This document shows positions 1-11,775 of a stretch of 64,000 bases of DNA, piece by piece. The notes beneath the pieces were generated by a model. It searched no databases. It worked only from the letters and a program-made list of their open reading frames with translations, and was not told the DNA's origin. The stretch's first letter is position 1. Each line of letters begins with the position of its first letter. Origin of the DNA: Psammoneis japonica (taxonomy: Eukaryota); the NCBI GenBank assembly GCA_008632985.1, contig QPGO01000039.1, positions 372,001-436,000 of the forward strand, written 5' to 3'. The position numbers and the translations under genes are program-made.

Positions 1-1182
1 GTACCGGTACCTGGCACTGGCGAAAACTCGTGTACCGAGGTAGATTTGGACTCGATTGACCGTTGGTATGTCGTGTACGAAATGACCTTTGTCGACGCCA
101 TTGAAAAGGCATGGAACGGAGGCGTCAAGTTGTTGGCTTTTATTGTGGTGATATTTTCGGGTATTTGGCCGTATGGCAAGAATATCATTCTAATGTTTGT
201 TTGGTACATGAAGTTGTCACCCAAACGACGTAGCTCGATCTTGGTTTGGTTGACACGGCTGTCCAAGTATACGCTTGTGGATGTCTTTGCTGTCATCACC
301 GTGCTGGTGGGAGTGTTGTTGGAGCTGGACGTGGGCGGGACCCAAGTCGTTGTTCGTGGAGAGCCTCGTCCAGCCATTATTTGCTTTTTTGTGGCCACCC
401 TCTGGGAGTTTGTGCAGATTGAATGGACCTTTCATAAGCACAAACAACATGTTGTCTTTTCGGAATTTACCGACAAAGACGACAAGGACGATAGCCCCAC
501 AAGCTTGCTTGGAGCGTTGCGATTCCGTACGCAGTTGCGGTCCAATCATGATTGCGTTGCGCCCAAAAGCACGACAGCCATGCAAGTTTGGGTTGGATTC
601 CTTCTCATATCCACAATTGCTCTGTATATTTCTGGATCCGTGACGGACATGATTCGTTTCATTTCGTACGGCAGCAGCAGTACTGGATGCGTGAAATCGT
701 ACAATCTCGTGTCGTTTGGCAACGCCATGGTGAGCGAGCTTGCGCTCACCGACAACTCGGCCAAGCCCGGCACATGGACTCTGTATATAATCTATGTGCT
801 ACTTGTGCTTGCCTTGCCCATTCTTGTGCATGTACTGCAGATTGTCATGCTGGTTTTCCAAGTAAACAACAAGAGACTCGCCGAATGGACCGGATCGACG
901 TGGGGATTTTCCAGTGTGGAAGTGCTCTTGATTGGAGTCTTTTCCGTCGAACACGCCTTTGAAAAGTTTGTGGCACAATTGGCCGGCAATGACTCGTCTC
1001 AATTCTTTACAATTACGAGTTCCCTCCAAGATGGATATTTCATTTTGATTGGATATTCCATTGCGGCGGGACTGCTGCAATACTTTGTGCAATGCGCCGT
1101 TTCTGAATTTTACAAAATTGATCCGTACCACAAGGTTCATGTCGTTTGGTTCAAGGCGCTTCGGTGTTGGCTCAAGGAATAA
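1..1182 (+). CDS. Paraquat-inducible protein A (PqiA)-like multi-pass membrane protein, 5'-truncated by the window edge
   Basis: Frame 1 is open from base 1 to TAA at 1180-1182. Two PqiA-like halves (FSGIWPYGK...LSKYTLVDVFAV; WGFSSVEVLLIGVF) and many hydrophobic helices. Confidence 0.6.
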   Translation, partial: VPVPGTGENSCTEVDLDSIDRWYVVYEMTFVDAIEKAWNGGVKLLAFIVVIFSGIWPYGKNIILMFVWYMKLSPKRRSSILVWLTRLSKYTLVDVFAVITVLVGVLLELDVGGTQVVVRGEPRPAIICFFVATLWEFVQIEWTFHKHKQHVVFSEFTDKDDKDDSPTSLLGALRFRTQLRSNHDCVAPKSTTAMQVWVGFLLISTIALYISGSVTDMIRFISYGSSSTGCVKSYNLVSFGNAMVSELALTDNSAKPGTWTLYIIYVLLVLALPILVHVLQIVMLVFQVNNKRLAEWTGSTWGFSSVEVLLIGVFSVEHAFEKFVAQLAGNDSSQFFTITSSLQDGYFILIGYSIAAGLLQYFVQCAVSEFYKIDPYHKVHVVWFKALRCWLKE

Positions 1183-1422
1183 CTCGTGGTGGGCATCCAA
1201 AACAATAATGATTTCGGGGTGAGCAAAGAGAACCAAACGGTGGCCAATTATTTGAAGAAACTGTACGTTTGCGCCTATTCTGCCAGGCGTGCAAGGTACT
1301 ATACAGCCGACTCTCTAGGGAGACTCAACAGAAGAGACGCCATGGTGTAACTCGTAACGCGGTGTTGCCTACTTGTTAAATAATTCCATAAACACTAGAG
1401 AATATCAATTCATTCCAATTCT

Positions 1423-2661
1423 CTACACCGTTGCGGATTCAACCTCTTGTTCTTGCTCCTCATCCGCGGCAGCGACAAGTGGCTCGGTAGGGTTATCCTC
1501 TTCTTCCTCCTCTTGTTGTTGTTGCTCTTGTTGTTGTCGATTTTCCTTCATTTTGACCAACGTATACAACAAGCTTCCACCCAAGACTGTAAAGATTCCC
1601 AACACACCCGACACGGTTGCCTTGTTGCCCCACAGATAGAATGCCAACATGGATTGGGCGGCAGCCTTGGCGGTACCAGAAATGGTATGCGACAGAGGCG
1701 AGGTCGCCTTGATTTGAAGCACGGTAACAATACCAATGGAAAACCCAAAGAAACCGGCAACCACCATGGCGGACCAAAAAATGGGAGACAGAAATTTGGA
1801 AGTTTCACTGTCCCACGAAAGTTGCTGGAGCAATACGTCTCGTTCAAACAAGAAGAGAAAGGTAGAAACAAGAGACAGGCATTGACATTGTTGTAAAAGG
1901 TCAATTTCCAATGATCATCTCCGACAATGGGCAAGACCTGTAGTAGAAGTGTGGATGGATTGAACAATACATTCAACGTAAGATTATGACGAGAACTCTG
2001 CAACAACAGCTACAGTATACACTCTCTCTTCAGGACTTGCCTTTTTGGTAAAGATTGAATTCAACGAAACAAACAAGGACGAGCAAACGCCCATGGCTGT
2101 TCCAAACCACGAAAAATCAATCTCTCCGCTGGATCCCAAAAAGAATCCAAAAATAACAATGGCCAGACAAGCCATGGTTGTCAAGGACGTTGGAACGCCC
2201 AACAAGAGGCGCGTCAGGGCGACATTGAATACAATTGTCAAACTCCGTGCGACATTGTAAAAGGACACTTGTACGTATTTGAGACAGAGATTGTTAAAGG
2301 TCATCATGCCGACGAAAATTACCGATAGAGGCATGATGCGTTTGCCCGTGGCAACATTGTACTGTGCCTTGGGGAATTGATCAAAAAAGGAGGATTCTTC
2401 TCCAGAATTATTGGAAGAAGAAGAAGATGTAGAAGAAAACCATTCTCGTGTTTTACCCGCTAACCAACAGACACCCACCGTCACGATGCATTGAAACCAC
2501 GTGACGAATAACGGAGCCGAAATGGAAATGGCATCGTTTGACACCAGGACCTTGTTGAGATAGACGAGGGAGATGGATACAATCCAGTACGTTGCCACCA
2601 CGGACAGCACATACATGTACTGTGGATTCGACACCAACTCGTGACACCAATAAATTAACAT
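1423..2661 (-). CDS. GDP-fucose transporter (SLC35C1-like nucleotide-sugar transporter)
   Basis: Motifs [60 protein letters not shown]. Intron 1938-2040 (GC-AG) joins FTKK|VLP. One -1 frameshift near 1858. ATG at 2661. Confidence 0.88.
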
Positions 2662-3059
2662 GGTTGCAATAAGTAGTCGTTGTTCTGCTGTATTCTGTTG
2701 TTGTAATACTGTAAGAACGCAGTAGTTGCGCAATCAAATCAATGAAGAAAAAGAAGTAAGAGGGTACAATGCAAAGCAGCAACGATTCAAAAAGACTGCG
2801 GCGACAGCGGCATTGGTGAAAAGTGCGAAGGCAGTCCCACTCAAAATTCAAAATGACCAAAAAATTCAAAATGACCGCTAAAATAGGAAAACTTTGAAAA
2901 ATTGAAAAATGCATCTTTTTCCCTTTTTTCTTTCGAAACCATGACATCACGAACCAATGACAACTTGTCATGACAACGGTCATACCGGTATTTCAAAAAG
3001 CGCGACCAAACGGCAAAAACAAAACACGGGGATCAACGGGCGGCGCCTTTTTTCTCCGA

Positions 3060-4840
3060 TGCTGTTCGAGAAATTTTCAGTTTTGAAAAAGCTCACACAG
3101 TTTTGCAAAACAACAAGTCTTTAATTTTTCACTTTTGTCACCCAACAAAATTCACAGTTGAGTGCTGTGCCAGGGTCCCACCTGTGGCTCAAACTCGTCA
3201 AAACAAAAAATGGCCCCACAGAGTGTGTGGGTGGTGAGAGAGAGTGGCACAAAACACTGGTGTGCTGCAAGCTGGTGGGCCAAGATGAAGCCAGCACAAT
3301 GAGCAGTGAGACCAGCCCTGCACTGGCCTCCACATTGACAGCAAAAAACACACACACAGCCACAATGAAGAGAAAATGCTCATTGTGCGTCATTGCAAAA
3401 CACAGGGCGTGTGCTTCGAACAATGCAGTCAGATGCCAGACAACACTCTGGGCCACTTGATGGACAACAAAGGGGCGGTTTTGCGTGCACTGCCTTTCCC
3501 CCTGTTTGACCAGCTTTGCACTTTTTTCAAATTTGACCTTGGCTCTCAAGTTGGTTTTCTTCTTTTTTGTGTCACCTTGTCCAGATCAGCTTTGTTGCAC
3601 AGATTTTTCAGCATTGCTTGTGGGCACTCTTCACACAATGTTGAGCACAACAGGCACAAATGACCATGTTTTCTCTTGCCAGTGGCAGCCACAACTCTGC
3701 AAAAAGCAATTTTGTTTCTCTCAAATGGATGGCCTTTTCCATTGTGCACCAGCCCATGCATGAAATTTGAGTCTTGCTCTGTTTGCTTTTCCCCATTTGA
3801 GTGCTGTTTTCATCAGTTGTGCCCATGGGCACACCGGCACACCCACATTTTGCCAACAGAGTTGTCTCTCAAAACCCAGATGTGCCAGCACTTTCTCCTG
3901 TGAGATTGATGGCAGAGTGGGCTTTTGCAGCCTGAGCAGCTAAGGAGTTTGTTGCAGAGCTGCACATCATTGGCGTGCAAGGCAGAAGGTGCAGCAATGG
4001 CATTGCCAGTGACAGCGTCATTCTTTGTTGTGATTGGCGCTGCTTGTTCTTGATGTTTTGCTGGAAAGAAGTTGGAGTCAATGCTTTTTGTTGAGCTTGG
4101 TGTGCAGAGTTGACTTTTTGAATTTTGTTTGGCAAGCTTGTTGTTTTCATGGCACCATCTTCTTGATGGTTGGTGTGGCAGTGGTGTGGTTGGGCAATTG
4201 ATCTTTTGCAGCTGCAGTGCTGCTGCAATCGCTTCTTGAAAACTGTTGCATGAGGCAGCAGAGTTTGCTCTGTGTGGGGGGGCAACTGTCTGTTGGTGTT
4301 GTGTGGCAGAGACTGAGGAACTGGGCATTCTGAAGCTTGTTTGATGAGCTCAGTGTTTCAGTGGTGACAACTTGCTGTTTGTCAGAGTTGAGCATGGAGA
4401 CAACCCTGCAAATGAAGAAAACATTGGTGGAAGGACAGCGGGTGTTGCCTGCTGTGCTGGGAGAGCATGGCTGCACATTGGTGCTAGAAATGGGTGAGCA
4501 TCAGCAGCAGATGTGCTGGCTGCAGCAGCTGTTGGCATTGCATGCGGTTGAAGCTGGGCTGAAGCTGGGCGGTGGAAATGCCTGAGCTTGTTGAATGGCA
4601 CTGGCAAATCCACATTGCACACCATTCTCGCTTGCAGAAACCAGATTCATTTGTCAGTGCCCTTGCGGGTGCACCACCACCAGCAGCATGTTGCCTGTTC
4701 ACATTCATTGTTGCAGGTGATGCATTGAAAGCATCACTCTGCAAAGCTGTGGGGCCCTGGTCGGAGTGAGATGACAACAGCGGTCGCAGCATCTTTGGTT
4801 CGAAGCGTGGGTGAAATGGCACAGGAAACCATTTTTAGCC
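3060..4840. mobile_element. TpA/CpG-depleted decayed sequence, probable transposon or gene relic of unknown family
   Basis: Almost no TA or CG. Overlapping Cys/His-rich, Tyr-free ORFs in many frames; no recognisable domain. Confidence 0.45.
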
Positions 4841-5140
4841 ACTGGCTCTGCCAGCTAGTCTAGCTAGAGAAAAAAGAAGCTTAGCAGCGTTTACTACCTG
4901 CATGGCCACATGCACCGCATGCGGTGACTTTGCATAATCTAGTCTCTACGGCGTAGAAAAGACGGCGCCCTTGCCGGAAGTGCTTCGGATTCCCTTTGTT
5001 CACCCCCCTCCCCCACAAAAAGATCATGAACGCTCCGGGTTAAATACGAAACCGTGTTCTGACGATTCGATGTAGCACCCCTGCTGCCATGCTTCATCCG
5101 TTGGTTCCAGAATCGTTCGAAGCAGAGTAATGGTTGTTAC

Positions 5141-7816
5141 CTACGTAGCGGTCGGAGCAGATGAGGGTGCATTTTCGCAACATTGAATGGCAAACTCTTG
5201 AGCAAAGCTGCAATCAAAGTCCCCCTCGGGATTGTTGGCTGTAAATTCAATTTCCCCACAATCAATATCAAAATCGTCCAAGACAATGGTGAGATTGGAA
5301 ATGGGTACAATATCCGTGCCTTCACAAATGCGACAAGCGTCTTGATTGGCAATTGGATTGTCGCAGCCGCAGAAGACGCCCGCGGTGCTTTGAAACGCGG
5401 GGCAAACGTCACTGGTGGAATCATAAAAATATGCCAATGCCGCCCAATCCAAACAGGTCCGATTAAAGGTGACTTCTTCTGATAATCTTTCAATCGCCAC
5501 AGCCGACCCATCCTCACAAAGGTCACAAAATTGTATATCCGAGGTACAACCACAATTTTTGAGGCCTGCATAGCGGATGGCGTCGCATTGACCCGGTTCC
5601 AAAGTTCCCGTAGATGCCAGCAGTTGAAGCTCGTAGCAATTGAGGGTGCCATAGCCGGCTTGTTCTACTAAAGCTGGAGCTTCCCACGAGTCTCGCGGAA
5701 TTAACAACTCGTCAAAATTTTGTTGAAAACACAAGCCAGTACAAGGAGAGGCAAAGAAACCATCGGGAGGGGGTGGAAGAATGCAACCGCAAAGTGTAAT
5801 GATATCCTCAAAAATACCCTTGTTTTCTTGGCAAGTCGTGTCGTTGGCAAACAATGTAAATTGCCGTTCCACTTCACCGCACGTGTACTCGTCTTGCGGG
5901 ATAAAATCAGGCGCAAATCCCTCCAAGATTCGATTGGAAAAGGGCGTCGAATTGCCCGGTCCACACAAACCACACGAAACGTCGTCAATCGAAACATTGG
6001 CACAACCACAGTAAAAGCGATATCGCTCAATATCGGCACAAAGAGCTTCATCTTGACTGGCTGTTTCTTGCAATTCCAAACACGTAATTGGAGTTTCACC
6101 TCCCGGTCGGTAAATAGTTCGATTGGGAAACAAGAGATTGTCGTCACTCGCACATATTGGACATGCCTTGGGAGCTGCCGTAGGAGTGTTACTACCCGGA
6201 TTATCATCAGAACAACACGGAGTTCCAAACAACTGCGCCTCGTCACATGTGTACTGGCCATTGGGATCGTTTCCGCTAAATTCCAGTTCTCCACAATCCA
6301 ATTCCAATCCCTGTAGTATTAGTGTTTGATTCGAATCGGGCACCACCTCTCCATCAGGACAGATGCGACACGCGCCTTGACTGGCAATGGGATTATCACA
6401 TCCACAATACTCGCCAAGCGTGTTTTGAAAGGCACGACACTGCTCATCATTGGTGTCTCGAAAAAATGCATCACCCGCAACATCCAAACAGGTGGTTTCA
6501 AGAAAGACTTGTTTTGCCAAATTTTGGCGAGTCACGGCGGTTCCGTCCTCGCACAAGTCACAATAGTCAACATCTGCAGAAATAGTACATCCACAATGTT
6601 TGACTCCAACATAATTTGCTGCATTGCATTCTCGGGGAAACAAGACTCCCCGTGCTACCAGTAATTGGTACTCGTAACAATTGAGCGTTCCAAAAAAGGG
6701 TTGATTTTGTAATGCTGGAGAATCCCAGAATTCTTGTCCAATGAGTGTTTCATCCAAACAAAGCGTCGTGCAGGAAACATCAACTTCTTCCGCAGGTGGT
6801 TCCAAGTTGCAACCGCAAAGCGCGGCAATGTCATCCTCAAGTAAATTCTTGTTTTCCGTACACAAATCAGCATTGTTGTTGTACAAACTCAATTGTCGTT
6901 CGACTTCACCACACGTGTATTGGTCGGCGGGAATAAAATTCGGAACAGCAAAGCCCGCCAAAATTCGATCCGGAAATGGAGTAGTAGTAGTCGTTGTACC
7001 ATTACAGAGTGTACAAGAAACTTGCTCTTCTGGAGATACATTGTCACAACCACAATAATAGCGATAGTTGGCAAGAGTGGCACAGGCTTTATTTGTGTTT
7101 GTATTTTGTGCTTCTTGCTGTAATTTCCGACATGAAATTGGGTCTTTGCCTTGTCTGTAAATGGTACGATTGCGCACAAAGTTGGCATTCTCCTCACAAA
7201 TGTTACAATCATCAATTAGGATCGTAGTTGGACTTGGCGTAATAATGCTCGGTGGAGTAGTTGTTGTTTCAGCGGTCGTGGGAGTAGCCGTTGGCGTCTC
7301 TGTGGGAATAGTCGTCGGCGACTCTGTTGTGGGAGAAGTCGTAGTAGCGATTGTTGTTGTTGCTGTGCTTGTTGTTGTAGTCATGGTGGTGGGTGTAATT
7401 GTATTGCTCTGCATCGTGGTGGGTGACACGGTAGGATTCGGCATACTAGTAGGAGCGGTGGTGCTGGGCGAAATGCTGGGCAAAGTGCTGGGCAAAGTGC
7501 TGGGCAAAGTGCTGGGCGAAGGTGTGGTGATTGGAATTCTCGTTGTAGGACGTAGCGTGGGTCGCATGGTGGTTGGAACAAGAGACGGTGATGCTGTAAT
7601 TGTCGTCGTCGGTTGAATGGTTGTACCTGATGCTGTTGTTGTAGACGTATCCTTCTCATCATTACTGTCGCTATTGTTTTGATTGGCCAAGGAAACCACC
7701 GTTGTAATGATTCCCGCCAACAAAAACACACTTCCCAACGCCAACAATATGGTGAGTGAGCTCAATTTTTTCATGTGGATGTTATATTGTTTGATGATGG
7801 AATCATGCACATGCAA
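5141..7816 (-). CDS. Membrane-anchored cell-surface protein with a Thr/Pro-rich mucin-like stalk and duplicated Cys-rich repeats
   Basis: 891-aa ORF (the true start may be MKKLSS near 7774). N-terminal TM helix, T/P/S-rich region, then two ~300-aa Cys-rich halves (YTCGEVERQ, GTLNCYE, CDLCEDG, CGCDNPIA each occur twice). Confidence 0.8.
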   Translation of the reverse strand: MHVHDSIIKQYNIHMKKLSSLTILLALGSVFLLAGIITTVVSLANQNNSDSNDEKDTSTTTASGTTIQPTTTITASPSLVPTTMRPTLRPTTRIPITTPSPSTLPSTLPSTLPSISPSTTAPTSMPNPTVSPTTMQSNTITPTTMTTTTSTATTTIATTTSPTTESPTTIPTETPTATPTTAETTTTPPSIITPSPTTILIDDCNICEENANFVRNRTIYRQGKDPISCRKLQQEAQNTNTNKACATLANYRYYCGCDNVSPEEQVSCTLCNGTTTTTTPFPDRILAGFAVPNFIPADQYTCGEVERQLSLYNNNADLCTENKNLLEDDIAALCGCNLEPPAEEVDVSCTTLCLDETLIGQEFWDSPALQNQPFFGTLNCYEYQLLVARGVLFPRECNAANYVGVKHCGCTISADVDYCDLCEDGTAVTRQNLAKQVFLETTCLDVAGDAFFRDTNDEQCRAFQNTLGEYCGCDNPIASQGACRICPDGEVVPDSNQTLILQGLELDCGELEFSGNDPNGQYTCDEAQLFGTPCCSDDNPGSNTPTAAPKACPICASDDNLLFPNRTIYRPGGETPITCLELQETASQDEALCADIERYRFYCGCANVSIDDVSCGLCGPGNSTPFSNRILEGFAPDFIPQDEYTCGEVERQFTLFANDTTCQENKGIFEDIITLCGCILPPPPDGFFASPCTGLCFQQNFDELLIPRDSWEAPALVEQAGYGTLNCYELQLLASTGTLEPGQCDAIRYAGLKNCGCTSDIQFCDLCEDGSAVAIERLSEEVTFNRTCLDWAALAYFYDSTSDVCPAFQSTAGVFCGCDNPIANQDACRICEGTDIVPISNLTIVLDDFDIDCGEIEFTANNPEGDFDCSFAQEFAIQCCENAPSSAPTAT
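7475..7519. repeat. 12-bp tandem repeat (GCTGGGCAAAGT)n encoding PSTL repeats
   Basis: Three full copies plus flanking partial copies are visible within the mucin stalk. Confidence 0.85.
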
Positions 7817-8286
7817 CGGACAGAGTCGTGTCGTGTGCTTTTTTTTGTCTCAAGAGAGAGAGAATTTTACAATGTGATGTTCGTTTGTTGTTTCATGAGT
7901 ACAGTAGCCAAAAAGGTACCGGTATCGTGTCAAAAAGCTTTTAGTTTGTCGTGCGCCTCGTCCTTCTCGTTTTTCTCTGATTGAGAGGCAGGTGCGTCCA
8001 GTCGTGCTTCGTGATGGGCGGACGGACGCTTTTCCGTTGAAAGTTGAACGGCAATTCCAAATTATTTGTGTTTGCATGCACATCTTTTTTTTTATGCAAC
8101 ACAAGTAAGTGCAACAAGACCTTCATTGACGTCGAGATCGTCGAGAGACCAAGCAGCAAGCAGCCAGAGAGACGAGAGTTTTGACAGTGAGGCTTCCGTG
8201 AGATTGTTGTGTTTCATGCAAAACGTTGTACTACCTTTCAGAGTAAAGCACTACTACGGTACCTGTGTTTCTCACGTGCTTGAACC

Positions 8287-9231
8287 ATGACAAAGGGTAT
8301 CCAACTGCCACGTCGTGTGCTTTTTCTGCTGCTCCATCTTTTTTTCGGTCAAATGATTTTTGCCCAAAATAATGACGAATGCAACGGCATGCAGCCTGGA
8401 GATATCATGGTTTCGGGATTCAACATGGATGACCCAGACGAGGTGATTCTAGTGATTCTCAAGAATATACCAAAGGGAACTCGATTTTTCTTGACAGACC
8501 GTCCTTGGAATGGAACCGGTTTTGTGGACGGTGATAACGATGGGACGCTCATGGTACGAGATTTTTTGGAACGCACATGGGTACAAACGACAATGACAAC
8601 CGATCAAACTCATTTACTCACATTGTTCTTTGCGTTAATTTTGTGAAAGTGGAATGTCGGTAGCACTCTTCCACAGAGTGTGGAAATCTGTTATCAGTGT
8701 ACTTTGGACGGGAGCGTGATTGACAATTTTGTTCCAGTCGAGACAAGTAACCCGAATCAAAGATTCTCTCTGGATAGCAAAGGTGATACCATGATTCTCT
8801 ACTGCATGACGACTGAATCACCAAACACCGGCAACAACATTCGTCACATTACTGCCCTTACAAACACTGGATTCTGGATCAATACTACTACTGATCAAGT
8901 AGTTAATGCTACCACAGAGCAGCAGTCTTTGTCTGACAGTGGTGCCAGTGTGTTGCCATCCAATCTTGCCACAGACACAGTCACGACTCTTTCCAACAAC
9001 TACAGTAACTACGAGTATGATGGCTTGTTGGTTGGGACACCCACTGAAATACGGTCTTACATGAGCAATGCTAGTTATTGGGATGGCCATGAGGGCTACA
9101 TTGATGACTTGCAGACCAAATCGTCCTTTAAAGTTATCGATGAACCCGATGAAAACAGTGCCTCGGAAACTACATCTAGAGACGTTTCAACACTTTGGAT
9201 GCTGCCAACATTTGCCTTGGCCTTTTTGTGA
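8287..9231 (+). CDS. Secreted, possibly GPI-anchored protein (lamin-tail-like beta domain suspected)
   Basis: Signal peptide; motif GDIMVSGFNMDDPD...IPKGTRFFLTD..W.G; intron 8554-8649 (GT..AG) joins LM|WNVG in frame with the 8680 ORF; hydrophobic C-terminus. Confidence 0.7.
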
Positions 9232-9749
9232 GTCTCACGTACAGAGAGGACTGGGGCAGCGAACTGTCTGCTTTCTTATAAACAACAAAGAGGATGTCGA
9301 GGAGAGATCCGCCTTAGAGACCGTAACAGCTTTCGTTTAATGTATGGTTCCCAGGAAGTGCTCTTACGTGTTCTTCGGTGTCGACATGATAATTCCTTAG
9401 ACTCATTCGGCCGTGCAGTATTGCGTGATAATGTCCTGTTCGAAAGTATAAGAGGTTCACAATGACGGTCAAGAAGTAATGTGGCCAGTCGTTCAGTTAT
9501 GTCGTTCTTGTCATTCCTTCGCATCCTTTCTATAATTCGCTTGCAGCATAAGTGGGAAAAATAATTCGTGTGCTTGTGCACCTGAGTGCATATTCGTAAT
9601 TCTGTTGGATTACCTGGCTTTTCCAATGGCATCGTGTCTACCTGTCTTTCCATGGTGTCAGACGAAACATGTGCCCGTTGTCCCCGGAATGTCGACTCTG
9701 GAAAATCGTGGCACTTCAAGCCAAAAAATATGACATTTGAACCATGTGA

Positions 9750-11500
9750 GTGTATGTCAGTTCTCACCATTGGTGTGTCTTGCCAACGCAGTGTGTGCGC
9801 TTCTAAATTGGCTTGCGGGCCGGGCAGCATGAAAATGTGGCATGTGGCTGTGTCAAAACTTGTTTGCCTTGTCCCGGCAGTGTGCCATTGCCCTTGTCAA
9901 ATTGTGTCTTCTTCTTTTGTCTTGTTGGTGTGTGACCTCAGACTGCATCTGCCAATGCTTGCAGCACTGCCTTTGCTTCTAGTGGGAAATGATCCTCAAA
10001 GAATCAGCCTTGCAGTCATGATGGTCCACTTGTGCAATCACAGAAGTTGTGAGTGGCAAACCTTGGCCACAGTCAAGCACCCCAGTCCAATCACCAAGGT
10101 TGTTTCCATTGCTTTTTGATTGCTTTTTGATGTGATGAGTTTGCACCTTAAGCCCTTGCCAATGCAGTGCACACTTTTGTCAGTGCCAGGCACATGCAAT
10201 CATTGCTTTTTGAGCTTGTTGCTGATGTGTCAATTGAGAAATTGGATTGTGACTTTGACCCTCAAGCTTGATTTCCCAAGAAGTTGACATTCAGATGTGT
10301 GAGTGGGTGGACAGATTGACTGTGATGGTTTTTGGCACTGTCCTGCACAATTTCCATGCAATGACTCTGAGAGCCACAATGACTTGATGTGCATTGATGG
10401 ATGCCGCCGCCATGCACAAAGTGTGGTTCAAGTGCCCCCCACACAGCACTTGGAGGGATTTTCCAAGTGATGCATCTTCCTGCTGAATGGGATGTTGTTC
10501 AACCCATTCATTCATGGCATGCACTGGCCACCCAAATGGTTGCATCAGTGACAATGCAAGGTTGTCACACCAGTGATTTTGGTGCAGGGGCTTGTCACCT
10601 GTTTTGGCATCCACATGCCTCCCCCTGACTGCCAGCACACTGATTGAGAAAAGTGCAGATCCCAAATGTGCAGGTCTCTCTTTTGCTTGCCACAATCAAC
10701 AAGTGTCACCAGCCAATGTCCCAAGCACCTCCAGTGTGTTGCTGGGGCAAATGCTGTGCTGTTGTCAGACAATTTCTTCTTTGAGAACTTGCATCACCAG
10801 GATGCAATTGGGGCATCAAATGAATGCCCCACAACCAAATCTGCTCATTCAAGCTGCAACTTGCTGTTGTGCATTTGTTGACCAGCGCAATGTCACTCAT
10901 GCTGGCTGTCAATGCCGCGGGCATGAGGGAATGAGAGATGAACTGCCTGAGTGCAAATCAAGGAGTTTGAGCACAGGAGCATGGATGGCAGCACAGATGG
11001 CCAAGGAACCAGTGTCATCATGCCAATTTAGTTGCAGGTGCTAAATGGGTTTGCACATGTTGCGCACTGATGGAAGTTCATCCAGTGACAAAAAGAGGGG
11101 TTTTTGTTCAGAGCACATGGCACATGTGGACTCAGCAACCCACACTTGGGCCTGTCCATTTGTTGAGGCCATCACAAAGGCTCCAGCATCATGGTGCCAT
11201 TGAACAGAGCAAAATGCCTTTGATGCAGAATTGGCTTGTTTTGAAAGATGCAATGTTGCCCACTCTTGTCACACCCCAGCAAGTTGCAAATGCAGACAGA
11301 TGTGTCGGCACTGAGCACAAATCTCTCTGACACTTCAATGCAGCCATGATGTGAGGCTTCCATTTGAAGCTCCCATGAGCTGGCATTTTTGGGAAAGCAA
11401 AAAGCAGGCAATCTGAATCTTCAAAAAATCATTTTTAAAAATGAGGAGTTTGATTTTGAAAATCCCCATTGCCCATCCATGATGCTTCTCATTTTGCTTG
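9750..11500. mobile_element. TpA/CpG-depleted decayed coding-like sequence of unknown identity
   Basis: Very few TA or CG. Long, partly open minus-strand frames broken by TGA; no domain recognised. Confidence 0.4.
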
Positions 11501-11775
11501 GACATCAATCACAACATTGATTGCTTGTCATCATGTGAGTGACAAGTCTGACCATGATCCATGCCACAGGGCCCTGTCCAGTCTGAGTTCTCCAGCTCAA
11601 GAGTTTGTTTTTCTGCTCTGGGCCCTGCTGCCTGTGAGCAGTTAGCAGCAGCACAGGCAAAGATGCGATGCACAAGAAATTTTTTTGAGGGACATCCATG
11701 ACTGAAACTTGTTTTTGCACGCCTCTCCATGCTGCACTTTTGCACATCACTTCATGTTGCCTCAACACATCAACA

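Noticed and set aside
2843..2876. Direct repeat AAAATTCAAAATGACC x2
   Set aside because: Short, low-complexity local duplication with no further structure.
3033..4985. Possible TIR pair around GGCGCC..TTTTC flanking the first depleted block
   Set aside because: The match is too short and gapped to support.
7161..7616. Val/Gly-rich plus-strand ORF
   Set aside because: Antisense shadow of the Thr/Pro-rich mucin stalk.
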